From Desulfovibrio sp. (GTDB taxonomy: Bacteria; Desulfobacterota; Desulfovibrionia; Desulfovibrionales; Desulfovibrionaceae), in contig JAVBLS010000002.1 of NCBI GenBank assembly GCA_031553235.1, positions 34,375 to 98,374 on the forward strand: a stretch of DNA of 64,000 nucleotides. Direction: 5' to 3'. Under the pieces are notes generated by a model. That model saw nothing but the letters and a program-made list of their open reading frames with translations. It ran no database searches and was not told the origin of the DNA. Below are positions 31,625 through 42,560 of the stretch, one piece after another. Position 1 is the first letter of the stretch, and every line of letters begins with the position of its first letter. The translations under genes and the position numbers were made by a program.

Positions 31625-32700
31625 TGCTCTATCACCTCCTCTACCCGCTCAGCGCCGACTTCAGCGTTTTCAACGTCTTTCGCTACATCACCTTCCGGTC
31701 GGTGTGGGCGCTGCTGACCGCGTTGATCATCACCATCCTGGTGGGGCCGTTTTTCATCCGCATGTTGCGTCGGCTGAAATTCGGGCAATACATCCACGAG
31801 GACGTCAAAGCCCACCTGGAAAAGGCCGGCACGCCCACTATGGGCGGGGTGCTCATCGCCTTCTCTCTGAGTGTGGCCGTGCTGCTGTGGGGAGATCTGA
31901 CCAACCCCTACGTCTGGCTGACCCTGCTCGTTTTCCTGGGTTTTGGCGCCGTGGGTTTTGCCGACGACTATCTGAAAATCATCCGCAAAAACAACAAGGG
32001 CATCTCCGCCCGAGCCAAATTCCTCGGACAGGTCTTCGTGGCCATGGTGGGCCTGGGCGTGCTCTTCACCCTGCCGGCTTTCTCCAGCGAGCTGGCCGTG
32101 CCCTTTTTCAAGAATTTTCGGCCGGATCTCGGGATCTTTTACGTGCCCTTCGCTGTATTGGTCATGGTCGGCACCTCCAACGGAGTCAACCTGACCGACG
32201 GTTTGGACGGGCTGGCCATCGGCCCGACCATTGTGGCGGGCATCTGCTTTGCCATCTTCATCTACGTAGCGGGCAACGCCCAGATGTCCGCCTACCTGCA
32301 GATCGCCCACGTACCCGGTGTGGGCGAGGTCACGGTGTTCTGCGGCGCGCTCATCGGGGCGGGCCTCGGCTTTCTCTGGTACAACGCCTATCCGGCCCAG
32401 ATTTTTATGGGCGACGTGGGTTCTTTGTCTTTGGGCGGTACCCTGGGCTTTCTTTCGGTGCTCTGCAAGCAGGAATTGATCCTTCTGGTGGTGGGCGGCC
32501 TGTTCGCTGTGGAGGCCCTCTCGGTGATCCTGCAGGTGGGCTACTTCAAATTCAGCGGCGGCAAGCGCATTTTTCGCATGGCCCCGCTGCACCACCACTT
32601 CGAACTCAAGGGGCTGCCGGAATCAAAAATCATCATCCGCTTCTGGATTACCTCAGCCCTGCTCGGGCTGATGGCCCTGTCGGTCCTGAAACTGCGTTGA
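31624..32700 (+). CDS. mraY: phospho-N-acetylmuramoyl-pentapeptide-transferase
   Basis: Polytopic membrane protein with MraY motifs ([19 protein letters not shown]). TGATG overlap with murF. Confidence 0.95.
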   Translation: MLYHLLYPLSADFSVFNVFRYITFRSVWALLTALIITILVGPFFIRMLRRLKFGQYIHEDVKAHLEKAGTPTMGGVLIAFSLSVAVLLWGDLTNPYVWLTLLVFLGFGAVGFADDYLKIIRKNNKGISARAKFLGQVFVAMVGLGVLFTLPAFSSELAVPFFKNFRPDLGIFYVPFAVLVMVGTSNGVNLTDGLDGLAIGPTIVAGICFAIFIYVAGNAQMSAYLQIAHVPGVGEVTVFCGALIGAGLGFLWYNAYPAQIFMGDVGSLSLGGTLGFLSVLCKQELILLVVGGLFAVEALSVILQVGYFKFSGGKRIFRMAPLHHHFELKGLPESKIIIRFWITSALLGLMALSVLKLR

Positions 32701-32704
32701 GGCC

Positions 32705-34018
32705 ATGCACATGAACTCTTCCCAGATTATCCCCGAGAACGCTCTGGCTGTGGTCATCGGCGCCGGCGCCTCGGGTGCGGCCGCAGCCAGGTTGCTCCAT
32801 TCCCTCGGCGCGCGGGTCAGGCTGACGGACCTTAAGGGAATTCCCGCAGATCTCCAGGCCTGGGCGCAAAGCGCGGGTCTGGAAACCGTCATCGGCCCTC
32901 ACCAACCGGAACACTTTTTCGGCGTGGCTTTGGTGGTGATCAGCCCCGGCATTCCCCCGGCCAAGATCGCGCCGATTTTGGCGGCCGCCGGCAACCCGCC
33001 GTTGATCGGGGAAATGGAGTTGGCCCTGCGCTGTACCGAGACCCCCATCCTGGCCGTGACCGGCACCAGCGGCAAGACCACCACCGTGAGCCTGGCCGCG
33101 GCCATGCTTGAACGGGCCGGGAAAACCGTCTTTCTCGGTGGCAACATCGGCACGCCGCTCAGCGATTTTATACTTTCCGGACAAAAAGCCGATGTGCTTG
33201 TGCTGGAGCTTTCCAGCTTCCAGCTGCAAGGCTGCCCCAGCCTGCACCCCAGGGTCGGGATGATCCTCAACCTCACGCCCAACCACCTGGATTACCACAA
33301 GGACATGGCCGAGTACACCGAGGCCAAGTTCGCACTGTTCGCGAACACGGGTCCGGAGGATCTGGCCCTGCTCCCGGCCGGCCTGGAGCCGGAATATCGT
33401 CGGCGCAAGCTGCGCGCCCGCCTGGAAATTCTCGGTGACGGCAAAGACTTTTCCGGCCTGCGCCTGGCCGGTCGGCACAATGCCGTCAACGCCGAGGCCG
33501 CCTTCCGGGCCTGCCGACCCTTTGGGGTTTCTTTCGAGCAGGCCCTGGCCGTGGCCCGCGATTTCCAACCCCTGCCCCACCGTTTGGAGCGCGTGGTCGA
33601 AGTCCGCGGTGTGACCTTTGTCAACGATTCCAAGTCCACCACCGTGGACTCCCTGCGCACGGCCCTGCAAAGCTTTGAGTATCCGGTGCTGCTTCTGGCC
33701 GGCGGCAAGTTCAAGGGCGGCGATCTGGCTTCCCTGCGCCCGCTCCTGCGGGAAAAGGTTGCCTCCGTGGGCCTGTATGGCGGCAGCAAAGATATTTTCA
33801 GCCAAGCCTGGCGAGGCGCCGCGCCCGTCGATCAGTATGAAACCCTGAAGGATGCCGCCCGCGCCCTGTTCGCCAAAGCCCTGGCCGAGAAGCTTTCCGG
33901 TGCGGTCATCCTGCTCTCGCCGGCCACCTCCAGTTACGACCAGTATTCCGACTATCTGGCCAGGGGCGAAGATTTCAGGCGCATCGCAGCCCTTTGCGGC
34001 AAGGAGGCGGCGCAATGA
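32705..34018 (+). CDS. murD: UDP-N-acetylmuramoylalanine--D-glutamate ligase
   Basis: P-loop VTGTSGKTTT with an N-terminal Rossmann-like domain (VIGAGASG). Confidence 0.9.
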   Translation: MHMNSSQIIPENALAVVIGAGASGAAAARLLHSLGARVRLTDLKGIPADLQAWAQSAGLETVIGPHQPEHFFGVALVVISPGIPPAKIAPILAAAGNPPLIGEMELALRCTETPILAVTGTSGKTTTVSLAAAMLERAGKTVFLGGNIGTPLSDFILSGQKADVLVLELSSFQLQGCPSLHPRVGMILNLTPNHLDYHKDMAEYTEAKFALFANTGPEDLALLPAGLEPEYRRRKLRARLEILGDGKDFSGLRLAGRHNAVNAEAAFRACRPFGVSFEQALAVARDFQPLPHRLERVVEVRGVTFVNDSKSTTVDSLRTALQSFEYPVLLLAGGKFKGGDLASLRPLLREKVASVGLYGGSKDIFSQAWRGAAPVDQYETLKDAARALFAKALAEKLSGAVILLSPATSSYDQYSDYLARGEDFRRIAALCGKEAAQ

Positions 34019-35121
34019 GCGAGGTCCGTTCCCGCTTCGGCGCTCCCGATTGGTGGCTGCTCGGCATCACCTTGTTGCTCACGGCCTTCGGCCTGCTCAT
34101 GGTTTATTCGGCCAGCGGCATCGTGGCCGCGAAAAACATGGCCGACACCTACTACTTCTTCAAGCGCCAGCTGCTCTTTGCCGTGGTCGGCTGCCTGGCC
34201 ATGGCCGGAGCGGCCGGGCTGCCGCGCGAAAACCTGAACAAGCTGCATTATCCGGCGCTTTTCGCCTGCTTCATCTTGTTGATTGTGGCCCTTTCGCCCT
34301 TGGGCGTGACGGTCAACGGCGCCCGGCGCTGGATCGGCTTCGGGCCCATCCGTTTGCAGCCCATGGAATTCGCCAAGATCGCCCTGGTTCTGTACCTGGG
34401 CTGGTTCATGGCCGGCAAACAGACCATCATCAAGACCTTTTCCGGCGGGGTCATTCCGCCCTTCCTGGTCACCGGCGCCCTGTGCCTGCTGCTGCTGGCC
34501 CAGCCGGACTTCGGCGGCGCGGTGCTGCTTTCCAGTCTGCTCTTTTTCATGTGCCTGGTGGGCGGCACCCGCTTTCTCTACCTGTTCATCTCGGCCTGTC
34601 TGGCCTGCGGCGCGATCTACCTGCTGATCAAAAACGCCGATTACCGCATGAGCCGGTTGCTGGCCTTCCTGGACCCCTGGGCCGTGGCCCAGGGCGCCGG
34701 CTATCAATTGGTCCAGGGCTTCCTGGCCCTGGGATCGGGCGGCGTGACCGGGCTCGGCCTGGGCGCGGGCCGGCAAAAGCTCTTTTACCTGCCCGAGGCG
34801 CACAACGACTTCATCATTGCCGTGCTCGGCGAAGAAGCCGGCTTCATCGGCATATCCCTGGTGGTTCTGCTCTTTGCCGTATTCATCTGGCGCGGTCTGC
34901 GCATTGCCCTGAAGCAGGAGAACCTGCGCGACCAGCTCACGGCCTTTGGCCTGATTCTGGTGCCGGCCCTGTCCATTTTGCTCAATCTGGCCGTAGTCTT
35001 TGGCTGCGCCCCGCCCAAGGGGGTGCCTATGCCGTTTTTCAGCTACGGCGGCAGCAGTCTTATGGGTTCACTCCTTTGTGTGGGCTTGCTTTTGAACTAT
35101 TCACGCGGCGTAAAGGGCTGA
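34015..35121 (+). CDS. ftsW: peptidoglycan glycosyltransferase FtsW (SEDS family)
   Basis: SEDS-family membrane protein (LLMVYSASG..., PEAHNDFI). ATGA overlap with murD. Confidence 0.9.
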   Translation: MSEVRSRFGAPDWWLLGITLLLTAFGLLMVYSASGIVAAKNMADTYYFFKRQLLFAVVGCLAMAGAAGLPRENLNKLHYPALFACFILLIVALSPLGVTVNGARRWIGFGPIRLQPMEFAKIALVLYLGWFMAGKQTIIKTFSGGVIPPFLVTGALCLLLLAQPDFGGAVLLSSLLFFMCLVGGTRFLYLFISACLACGAIYLLIKNADYRMSRLLAFLDPWAVAQGAGYQLVQGFLALGSGGVTGLGLGAGRQKLFYLPEAHNDFIIAVLGEEAGFIGISLVVLLFAVFIWRGLRIALKQENLRDQLTAFGLILVPALSILLNLAVVFGCAPPKGVPMPFFSYGGSSLMGSLLCVGLLLNYSRGVKG

Positions 35122-35123
35122 GC

Positions 35124-36209
35124 ATGGAACGCATCATTTTGACAACCGGCGGCACGGGCGGGCACATTTTCCCGGCTCTGGCCGTGGCCGAAGAAATCCG
35201 CCGCAGGCACCCCAGGGCCATGATTCTGTTCATGGGCGGCCGGGACGGACAGGAAGCGGATCTGGCCGTGGCCGCCGGGCTTGATTTTGTCGGTCTGCCG
35301 GTGCGTGGCGTGGTCGGCCGGGGGTTGCGCGGTCTGATCGCGGGCATCGGGATGCTCCGGGGCATTATCAAAGCCCGCGCGATCGTCAAAAAGTTCAAGC
35401 CGGAGATCGTCGTGGGTTTTGGCGGCTATGCCGCCTTTGCCGGGCTGTACGCGGCGCACCGGGCAAAAATTCCCACGGCCCTGCACGAGCAGAACAGCGT
35501 GCCCGGCTTGGCCAACCGCCTGGCCGGCGACTTCGTGGACAGGGTCTATCTTTCCCTGCCCGATGCCGGCGCTTCGTTCGCGTCCCGCAGAAGCACGGTT
35601 GTCGGCAACCCGGTGCGTACGGACATCGCCGCCCTGGCTCCGATCAACCGTGGCGACCGTCCCTCGCGCCCGCCGCGGCTGCTGATCCTGGGCGGCAGCA
35701 TGGGAGCCAAGGCCCTAAACGACGGCATCCTGGCCGGCCTCGACATGCTTGCCGGGGTGGAGATCCACCACCAGACCGGCCGGACCCAGTTTGAAGAAAT
35801 ACGCAAGGCCTACCGTGCGGCCAAGGCCGACCATGTGCTGGTGGAGCCTTTCATCGCAGACATGGCCGGGGCTTATGCCCGGGCCGATCTGGCCGTGTGC
35901 CGGGCCGGGGCTTCGACCCTGGCGGAACTGGCCTGCGCCGGCTTGCCGGCCGTACTCGTTCCCTACCCCTTTGCGGCCCGAGATCACCAGCGTCGCAACG
36001 CCGAGGCCCTGGTCGCGGCCGGAGCGGCCGAACTCCTGGACCAGCAGGAATTCGCCGACGGCAAAACCGAGATGCTGACGAAAAAGATTTTGAAATTGTT
36101 GGACGACCCGGTGCTTTTGGCCTCCATGTCGGCCTCGGCCAGGGCTCTGGCCCTGCCCCAAGCCGCTTCGAGTCTGGTGGAGGGCCTGGAAGCGCAGATT
36201 GCCGGATAA
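35124..36209 (+). CDS. murG: UDP-N-acetylglucosamine--N-acetylmuramyl-(pentapeptide) pyrophosphoryl-undecaprenol GlcNAc transferase
   Basis: N-terminus MERIILTTGGTGGHIFPALAVAEE (G-loop) and a C-terminal GT-B domain. Starts 3 nt after the ftsW stop. Confidence 0.9.
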   Translation: MERIILTTGGTGGHIFPALAVAEEIRRRHPRAMILFMGGRDGQEADLAVAAGLDFVGLPVRGVVGRGLRGLIAGIGMLRGIIKARAIVKKFKPEIVVGFGGYAAFAGLYAAHRAKIPTALHEQNSVPGLANRLAGDFVDRVYLSLPDAGASFASRRSTVVGNPVRTDIAALAPINRGDRPSRPPRLLILGGSMGAKALNDGILAGLDMLAGVEIHHQTGRTQFEEIRKAYRAAKADHVLVEPFIADMAGAYARADLAVCRAGASTLAELACAGLPAVLVPYPFAARDHQRRNAEALVAAGAAELLDQQEFADGKTEMLTKKILKLLDDPVLLASMSASARALALPQAASSLVEGLEAQIAG

Positions 36210-36268
36210 ATGCGCGGGTTGCCGGGTAGATGGAAGCGCAGATTGCCGGAAAAATAAAGGAGACGAGT

Positions 36269-37639
36269 ATGCACAGCAGAGTCAAAACCATCCACATGGT
36301 CGGCATCGGCGGCGCGGGTATGAGCGGTATCGCCGAAGTGTTGCTGAACATGGGCTATGCCGTGCATGGTTCGGACGTGGCCGAGTCGGCCACGGTCAAG
36401 CGCCTGCGCGAGTTGGGCGCGGTTGTCGCCGCCGGCGGACACGCGGCCGAAAATCTCAAAGAGGCCCAGGTGCTGGTCAAATCCACAGCTGTGGGTGAAG
36501 ACAACCCCGAGGTGGCCGCGGCCCGGGAGCGCGGCATTCCGGTCATTCCCCGGGCAGAGATGCTGGCCGAGCTGATGCGCCTGCGCACGGGCATCGCCAT
36601 TGCCGGCACCCACGGCAAAACCACCACCACCTCCTTTACGGCAGCCATCTTTGACGAGGCGGGGCAAGACCCTACGGTGATCATCGGCGGCCGGCTGAAC
36701 GCTTACGGCGCCAACGCCCGTCTTGGCGGCGGCCGATACCTGATCGCCGAATCCGACGAATCCGACGGCTCCTTTCTCTGCCTGTTCCCGATTATGAATG
36801 TGGTCACCAACGTGGACATGGACCACATGGATTTTTACCCCGACCGGGAGAGCATCGATCGGGCCTTTGTCGAGTTCATGAACAAGATTCCCTTCTATGG
36901 CATCAACGTGGTCTGCGGCGATGACCCCGGGGTACGTCGACTGCTGCCGCAGATCAAACGCCCGATCATGACTTACGGCCTCGGCCCCGGCAACGACCTG
37001 ACCGCCGAAGTGCTGGAATGCTCCGAGATCAACCGCTTTGTGGTACGCCTCAAGGGCTGCCGGCTGGGTGAAGTGACCCTGACGCAGCCCGGCAGGCACA
37101 ATATCCTGAATGCCTTGGGGGCCATCGGTGTTTCCCTGCAGGCGGACATCCCCCTTGAGGCCTGCATCCGGGGTCTGGAAAAATTCCGGGGCGTGGGCCG
37201 GCGCTTTGAGCGCATCGGCGAGTTCAACAACATCCTGGTGGTGGACGACTACGGCCACCACCCGGCGGAAATCGCCGCCACCCTGGATACGGCCCTGCGC
37301 TGCCTGCCCCACCGCCGGCTGGTGGTGGCCTTCCAGCCGCACCGCTTCACCCGCACCCAAGCGTTTTTTGGTGATTTTTGCAAGGTTTTCACTCCGGTAG
37401 ACAAACTCTTTCTCACCGAAATCTATCCTGCTTCGGAATCGCCTATACCGGGCGTGGGCGGCGAGAGTCTGTCCCAGGGCATCCGGCAGGTTTCCAGCAC
37501 GGACGTGACCTTCTGCCGAACCTTTGAGGAACTGCGCGCGGAACTGGAAAAGGAACTGCGCCCCGGCGATCTGCTGCTCACTCTTGGGGCGGGCAACATC
37601 ACCACCGTGGGCCGTAACCTGGTGGAAGACAAGTCATGA
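36269..37639 (+). CDS. murC: UDP-N-acetylmuramate--L-alanine ligase
   Basis: [18 protein letters not shown] and P-loop [20 protein letters not shown]. Confidence 0.9.
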   Translation: MHSRVKTIHMVGIGGAGMSGIAEVLLNMGYAVHGSDVAESATVKRLRELGAVVAAGGHAAENLKEAQVLVKSTAVGEDNPEVAAARERGIPVIPRAEMLAELMRLRTGIAIAGTHGKTTTTSFTAAIFDEAGQDPTVIIGGRLNAYGANARLGGGRYLIAESDESDGSFLCLFPIMNVVTNVDMDHMDFYPDRESIDRAFVEFMNKIPFYGINVVCGDDPGVRRLLPQIKRPIMTYGLGPGNDLTAEVLECSEINRFVVRLKGCRLGEVTLTQPGRHNILNALGAIGVSLQADIPLEACIRGLEKFRGVGRRFERIGEFNNILVVDDYGHHPAEIAATLDTALRCLPHRRLVVAFQPHRFTRTQAFFGDFCKVFTPVDKLFLTEIYPASESPIPGVGGESLSQGIRQVSSTDVTFCRTFEELRAELEKELRPGDLLLTLGAGNITTVGRNLVEDKS

Positions 37640-38526
37640 GCGCGCAGGGTTTCTCCATCCTGCCGGGGCCGCTTCTGGCCCGGCGCACCAGCATGGGCCT
37701 GGGCGGGCATGCCCTGGCCGAGATCAGGGTGGAGGATCCCGCGCGTCTGGACAATTTGCCCGAAGCCTTGCAGCGCATTGGCGGCCGGCCGGAGATTCTC
37801 GGCGGCGGCAGCAACATCATCGCGGCCGACGGCTCTCTGCCCCTGTGCCTCTTGAGCCTGGCCGACGAGACGGTGCTCCCGGGCCGGGAGATTCACGGCC
37901 GGGTGGAACTGCGTGCGGGCGGCGGAGCCCGCCTGCCCGTGCTCCTGGCCGTGGCCGCCCGCCTGGGGCTTTCCGGCCTGGAGGGGCTGTCCGGCATTCC
38001 CGGCAGCGTGGGCGGCGCCGTGGCCATGAATGCCGGTTCCTACGGGGTGGAAATCTTTTCCCGGCTCGCCCGGGCCCAAGTCTTCGGCCAGAGCGCCGGT
38101 CTGCTGGAGCGCGGGCCCGAAGGCTTTGCCTACGGCTACCGGCACTGTGCCCTGCGGGGCAACACCGGTTTTTTCCTGATCGCCTCGGCCACATTTCTAC
38201 TCACGCCTTCCAATCCCAAAACCGTGCGCGCGGCCATCCGCGAAACCTTGAAGAAGAAGCGGGCCACGCAGCCTGTGGCGGCCAGAAGCGCCGGCTGCGT
38301 GTTCAAAAATCCGGCGGGAACAAGCGCGGGCAAGCTGCTGGACGAGGCCGGCATGAAGGGCCGGGCTGTGGGCGGGATGCGTTTTTCCACCCTGCACGCC
38401 AACTTCATGCTCAACACCGGCTTGGGCACGGGGGCCCAGGCCCTGGAACTGCTCGAAATGGGCCGTGAAGCCGTGTTCCGCCGGCACGGCCTCCGCCTGG
38501 AAACCGAGGTGCGCTTATGGCCGTAA
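37636..38526 (+). CDS. murB: UDP-N-acetylenolpyruvoylglucosamine reductase
   Basis: FAD-binding PCMH domain (LGGGSNI) and the MurB C-terminal domain. ATGA overlap with murC. Confidence 0.85.
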   Translation: MSAQGFSILPGPLLARRTSMGLGGHALAEIRVEDPARLDNLPEALQRIGGRPEILGGGSNIIAADGSLPLCLLSLADETVLPGREIHGRVELRAGGGARLPVLLAVAARLGLSGLEGLSGIPGSVGGAVAMNAGSYGVEIFSRLARAQVFGQSAGLLERGPEGFAYGYRHCALRGNTGFFLIASATFLLTPSNPKTVRAAIRETLKKKRATQPVAARSAGCVFKNPAGTSAGKLLDEAGMKGRAVGGMRFSTLHANFMLNTGLGTGAQALELLEMGREAVFRRHGLRLETEVRLWP

Positions 38527-39401
38527 AGGGAAAATTCGTCCCGGCCAAAGGCCGACGGGTAAATTTGCAGCGCAGCGCCAAGCCGGTGCACAACCGCAGA
38601 AACGAGGCGCCCAAGCCCAAACGGCAGATGCATCTACCCTGGCGGGGTCTGGGGCAATGGCTGGCCACGACTTCCATCATCCTGATTTGCCTTTGTTTTT
38701 TTGCAGTGGTCTGCTTTGGATTGCTCTATGGATATAGGTTTTTTACTGCCACCCCATATTTTGCCATAAAAACAGTTGAAATTCAGGGCAATTCCAGGTT
38801 AGACTCTAGAGAGATTCTAGAAATAGCCGGACTTGATTCCGGGGGCAACAGTCTAACGGTATCTTTGGATGAAGTGAAAGCCGCCGTGGCGGCCAATTTA
38901 TGGATCAAGGACGTTTCCGTTACCCGGGTCCTGCCGGACACTTTGATCATCCGCGTGGAGGAACGCAAACCGGCCTTCTGGATGCACTACGAAGGCACCC
39001 TCTATTACGCGGATATTGAAGGCAGACTGATCGCGCCGGTAACCGCCAAGGATCTGGAAGTTCTGCCTGCCCTGGAGGTCGAGGTCGGAGCCGAGGACGC
39101 CGTACCCGCGCTGCCGGCCCTGGTGGACAGCCTACGTCGCTCGCATCTGCCCGTTGATCTGAGCGTGGTCACGTGGGTGCGCCTGTCCACCGCGCGGGGC
39201 ATAGAAGTTTTTGTCCAGAATACCGGGCTGAAGCTTTCCATAGGCCTGGAAGACTGGCAGCAGAATTTGCGCCGACTGGAACTGACCCTGGCCGACCTGA
39301 ACCGACGGGGAGAATTGTCCCAGATTCGGGAAGTTAAAGCCCAGGGAACCAACGTCTGGGTGGTACATGCTCCGGCCCGCGCTGCCGGACGGGTTTCCTG
39401 A
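38517..39401 (+). CDS. ftsQ: cell division protein FtsQ (POTRA domain)
   Basis: Basic N-terminus, one TM helix, then a POTRA-like segment (YFAIKTVEIQGNSRLDSREILEIAGL). Canonical position before ftsA. Confidence 0.75.
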   Translation: MAVKGKFVPAKGRRVNLQRSAKPVHNRRNEAPKPKRQMHLPWRGLGQWLATTSIILICLCFFAVVCFGLLYGYRFFTATPYFAIKTVEIQGNSRLDSREILEIAGLDSGGNSLTVSLDEVKAAVAANLWIKDVSVTRVLPDTLIIRVEERKPAFWMHYEGTLYYADIEGRLIAPVTAKDLEVLPALEVEVGAEDAVPALPALVDSLRRSHLPVDLSVVTWVRLSTARGIEVFVQNTGLKLSIGLEDWQQNLRRLELTLADLNRRGELSQIREVKAQGTNVWVVHAPARAAGRVS

Positions 39402-39546
39402 GAGCAGCCGCTCATTTGCTCCGACGGCCGTGCAAGCGGACGTTCGCCCAGATGCAAACCGCGTGCGCCCGCGAACCGGCGTTTGAACATAAGGCACTTT
39501 TTTCGCGCCGTCGGCCTTTATGGAGGCCGGCCCAAGGAAGGGAGAC

Positions 39547-40776
39547 ATGGCGAAAGCGGATTTGGTCATCGGTCTGGACATCGGCACCACAAAAATCTGC
39601 GCCGTGGTGGGGGAGCCCACTGAAGACGGCGTGGACATTGTCGGCATCGGCACCCACCCCTCCACCGGCCTGCGCAAAGGCGTGGTGGTGAACATCGAAG
39701 AAACCGTCGGCTCCATCCAGAAAGCCCTGGAAGAAGCCGAACTCATGGCCGGGTGCGAAATCCGCACCGTGTACGCGGGCATCGCCGGCAGCCACATCAA
39801 AGGCTTCAACAGCCACGGGGTCATCGCCGTCAAAGGCGGCGAGGTCACGGCCAAAGACATGGAGCGCGCCCTTGAGGCCGCCGGTGCCGTGGCCATCCCC
39901 CTGGATCGCGAAGTCATTCACACACTGCCCCAAGAATATATCGTCGACGATCAGCGCGGCATCATCCACCCCATGGGCATGGCCGGGGTGCGCCTGGAAG
40001 TGAAGGTGCACATCGTCACCGGCGCCGTGACCAGCGCCCAGAACATCGTCCGGGCCTGCCACAAGAGTGGCCTGGACGTTTCGGACATCGTGCTTGAGTC
40101 TCTGGCCTCGTCCAAAGCCGTGCTGACCGAAGAAGAACGCGAGTTGGGCGTGGCCCTGGTGGATCTCGGCGGCGGCACCACCGACATTGCCGTGTTTTCC
40201 GACTCCACCATCAAGCACACCGGCGTCCTGGCCCTGGGCGGCCAGAACCTGACCAACGACATCGCCTTCGGCCTGCGCGCCCCCATGGCAGCGGCCGAGC
40301 GGATCAAGATCCGCCACGGCTGCGCCATGGTGGACCTGGTGGAACAGGACGAGATCATCGAGGTGCCCAGTGTGGGCGGCCGCGAGCCGCGCCGGCTCTC
40401 CCGCCGGCTGTTGGCCGAAATCTGCCAGCCCCGCATGGAAGAAGTACTCGAACTGGTGGATCAGGAATTGACCCGCTCAGGCTGCAAGAGCCTGATTGGC
40501 GCGGGCATTGTGCTTACCGGCGGCTCGGCCCTGATCGACGGCTGCCAGGAACTTGGAGAACAGATTTTTAACTTGCCCACGCGCATCGGTTACCCGCGCA
40601 ACGTCGGCGGCCTGAAAGACGTGGTCAACAGCCCCAAGTACGCCACGGCGGTGGGTCTGTTGTGCTACGGAGCGGAAAAAGAAGGTCCCACAGTCCGCAA
40701 CTTCCGCATTCGCGACGGCAATATGTTTGATCGTGTGCTTTCTCGGATGAAAAAGTGGTTTGTGGACATTTCCTGA
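39547..40776 (+). CDS. ftsA: cell division protein FtsA
   Basis: Actin-fold motifs (VIGLDIGTTKICAVVGE, DLGGGTTDIAVF). GGAAGGGAG SD. Confidence 0.9.
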   Translation: MAKADLVIGLDIGTTKICAVVGEPTEDGVDIVGIGTHPSTGLRKGVVVNIEETVGSIQKALEEAELMAGCEIRTVYAGIAGSHIKGFNSHGVIAVKGGEVTAKDMERALEAAGAVAIPLDREVIHTLPQEYIVDDQRGIIHPMGMAGVRLEVKVHIVTGAVTSAQNIVRACHKSGLDVSDIVLESLASSKAVLTEEERELGVALVDLGGGTTDIAVFSDSTIKHTGVLALGGQNLTNDIAFGLRAPMAAAERIKIRHGCAMVDLVEQDEIIEVPSVGGREPRRLSRRLLAEICQPRMEEVLELVDQELTRSGCKSLIGAGIVLTGGSALIDGCQELGEQIFNLPTRIGYPRNVGGLKDVVNSPKYATAVGLLCYGAEKEGPTVRNFRIRDGNMFDRVLSRMKKWFVDIS

Positions 40777-40836
40777 GCCGAGAACAGGCGAAACGGCTGA
40801 GGCAAGGTAACATTAGGCGGAAAAAGAGAGGCGGTT

Positions 40837-42084
40837 ATGGAATTTTGTTTTGACGACGACGGCATCGGCAACCAGCAGGCCCAAATTAAAGTCGTGGGCG
40901 TGGGCGGCGGCGGCGGCAATGCCATCAACAACATGATTGTTTCCGGCATCGCAGGGGTGACCTTCATCGCGGCCAACACCGATGTCCAGGCGCTGCGGGC
41001 CTCCAAAGCCGAATACAAGCTGCAGATCGGCGGCAAGCTGACCAAGGGTCTGGGCGCGGGCGCCAACCCCAACGTCGGCTGCGAAGCCGCCCTGGAGAGC
41101 ATCGACCTGGTGCGCGAACTGCTTGATGGTGCCGATATGGTTTTCATCACCGCCGGCATGGGCGGCGGCACCGGCACGGGCGCCGCGCCGGTCATCGCCC
41201 AGGTGGCCAAAGAACTTGGCGCCCTGACCGTGGGCGTGGTCACCAAACCCTTCTACTTTGAGGGCAAGAAACGCCTTGCCGTGGCCGAGTCGGGCATCGG
41301 CGAATTCCGCCGGCATGTCGACAGCCTGATCACCATTCCCAACGACCGTCTGCTCCAGCTCGCCGCCAAGCGGGCCGGCTTCAAAGACATGCTCAAAAAG
41401 GCCGACGATGTGCTCTACAACGCGGTCAAGGGTATCTCCGACCTGATCATGACCCCCGGCCTGATCAACCTCGACTTTGCCGACGTGCGCACGGTCATGA
41501 ACGAGTCCGGCATGGCCATGATGGGCACCGGCATCGCCGTGGGCGAATCGCGCGCCAAAGAGGCCGCCGAAAAGGCCATCACCAGCCCGCTGCTTGAAGG
41601 AGTATCCATCGACGGCGCCCGCAACGTTCTGGTCAGCATCACCTGCAACGACGATCTGGCCATGGAAGAAGTCCATGAAGCCATGGACGTGATCAACGAG
41701 GCCGCCCACTCCGAGGTCAACGTGATCTTCGGCACCGTGGTCGATTCTGAAGCAGGCGACGAATTGCGCGTGACCATCATCGCCACCGGCATTGAAGCCG
41801 GCGAAGAGCCGTCCCGGCCTGAGGCCAAGGCCCCGACCATTACCAGCATCCGCCGAGGCGATATGCCCGCGCGCCCGGCCGCCGCTCCCGAAACGGCGGG
41901 CCTGCGCGGCCTTTCCCGCGCCCCCGGCGGCAACCCCAACTTCAATGTGCCGGCTTACGTGCGCAACCAACCCGCCGCTCACAACCCCGGCAGGCCCACG
42001 GCGCACAACCCCGGCGAAGACGACTTCATCTTTGACGAAGACGAGTTCGAAACGCCCTCGTTCATTCGTAAACAGGCCAATTAA
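40837..42084 (+). CDS. ftsZ: cell division GTPase FtsZ
   Basis: Tubulin signature [13 protein letters not shown], with NTD and T7 loop. A Pro/Ala-rich linker precedes the conserved C-terminal peptide ([19 protein letters not shown]). Confidence 0.95.
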   Translation: MEFCFDDDGIGNQQAQIKVVGVGGGGGNAINNMIVSGIAGVTFIAANTDVQALRASKAEYKLQIGGKLTKGLGAGANPNVGCEAALESIDLVRELLDGADMVFITAGMGGGTGTGAAPVIAQVAKELGALTVGVVTKPFYFEGKKRLAVAESGIGEFRRHVDSLITIPNDRLLQLAAKRAGFKDMLKKADDVLYNAVKGISDLIMTPGLINLDFADVRTVMNESGMAMMGTGIAVGESRAKEAAEKAITSPLLEGVSIDGARNVLVSITCNDDLAMEEVHEAMDVINEAAHSEVNVIFGTVVDSEAGDELRVTIIATGIEAGEEPSRPEAKAPTITSIRRGDMPARPAAAPETAGLRGLSRAPGGNPNFNVPAYVRNQPAAHNPGRPTAHNPGEDDFIFDEDEFETPSFIRKQAN

Positions 42085-42224
42085 AACAGACACGGCCTTC
42101 GCGGCATCCCCGCTGCGAAGGCCGCGCTCCTGCGGCTCCGCCCGGCTCCCCCGGGCGTCCGTCCGATTCTTTGCGCGCCGGGGTTTCCATGCCGCCCTTC
42201 CAAACGCGCGCACCTGAGCTGCGG

Positions 42225-42335
42225 CGGTAATCGCCTTATCGCCGCCCGCCCACCGGCCCCGCAGGCAACGCCTCTCGCCCGCGGGGCCGGGGATTATGGC
42301 TTCATAAACAATTTCAAAATGGAATTGCCCAGGGA
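42225..42335 (-). repeat. copy 3 of a ~110-nt dispersed repeat (minus orientation), in the convergent gap between ftsZ and the M16 peptidase
   Basis: Minus strand reads ctgggCAATTCCATTTTGAAATTGTTTATGAAGCCATAATCccc, followed by the GC-hairpin CCGGCCCCGC...GCGGGGCCGG (42253-42290). Shares the 38-nt core with copies at 47130 and 56408. Confidence 0.6.
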
Positions 42336-42560
42336 CCGGCTCCAAACAACGAATTTTGCTCCAAAAGCAAGGGAAACGGGCCTTTTTGCGTAGGGAGTGA
42401 ACTTTTGTGGCCCTCGACCGTAGCGCTCATTCCGCAGGGAGGCGGAACGGGCACCGGAGCTCTCCCGACGGCGTCCCGAAGGGGCGAGGCACAGGATGTC
42501 CGAGTCAAAAAGGCCCGTTTGACGCAGCAATTGGGCAAAAGACGTGTTTGGAGCCGGTCT

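Noticed and set aside
33852-36209. 785-aa ORF spanning murD-ftsW-murG
   Set aside because: The upstream ~1270 nt are in a different frame from ftsW. The Arg/Pro/Gly-rich translation is meaningless. Only the murG portion (35124..36209) is real.
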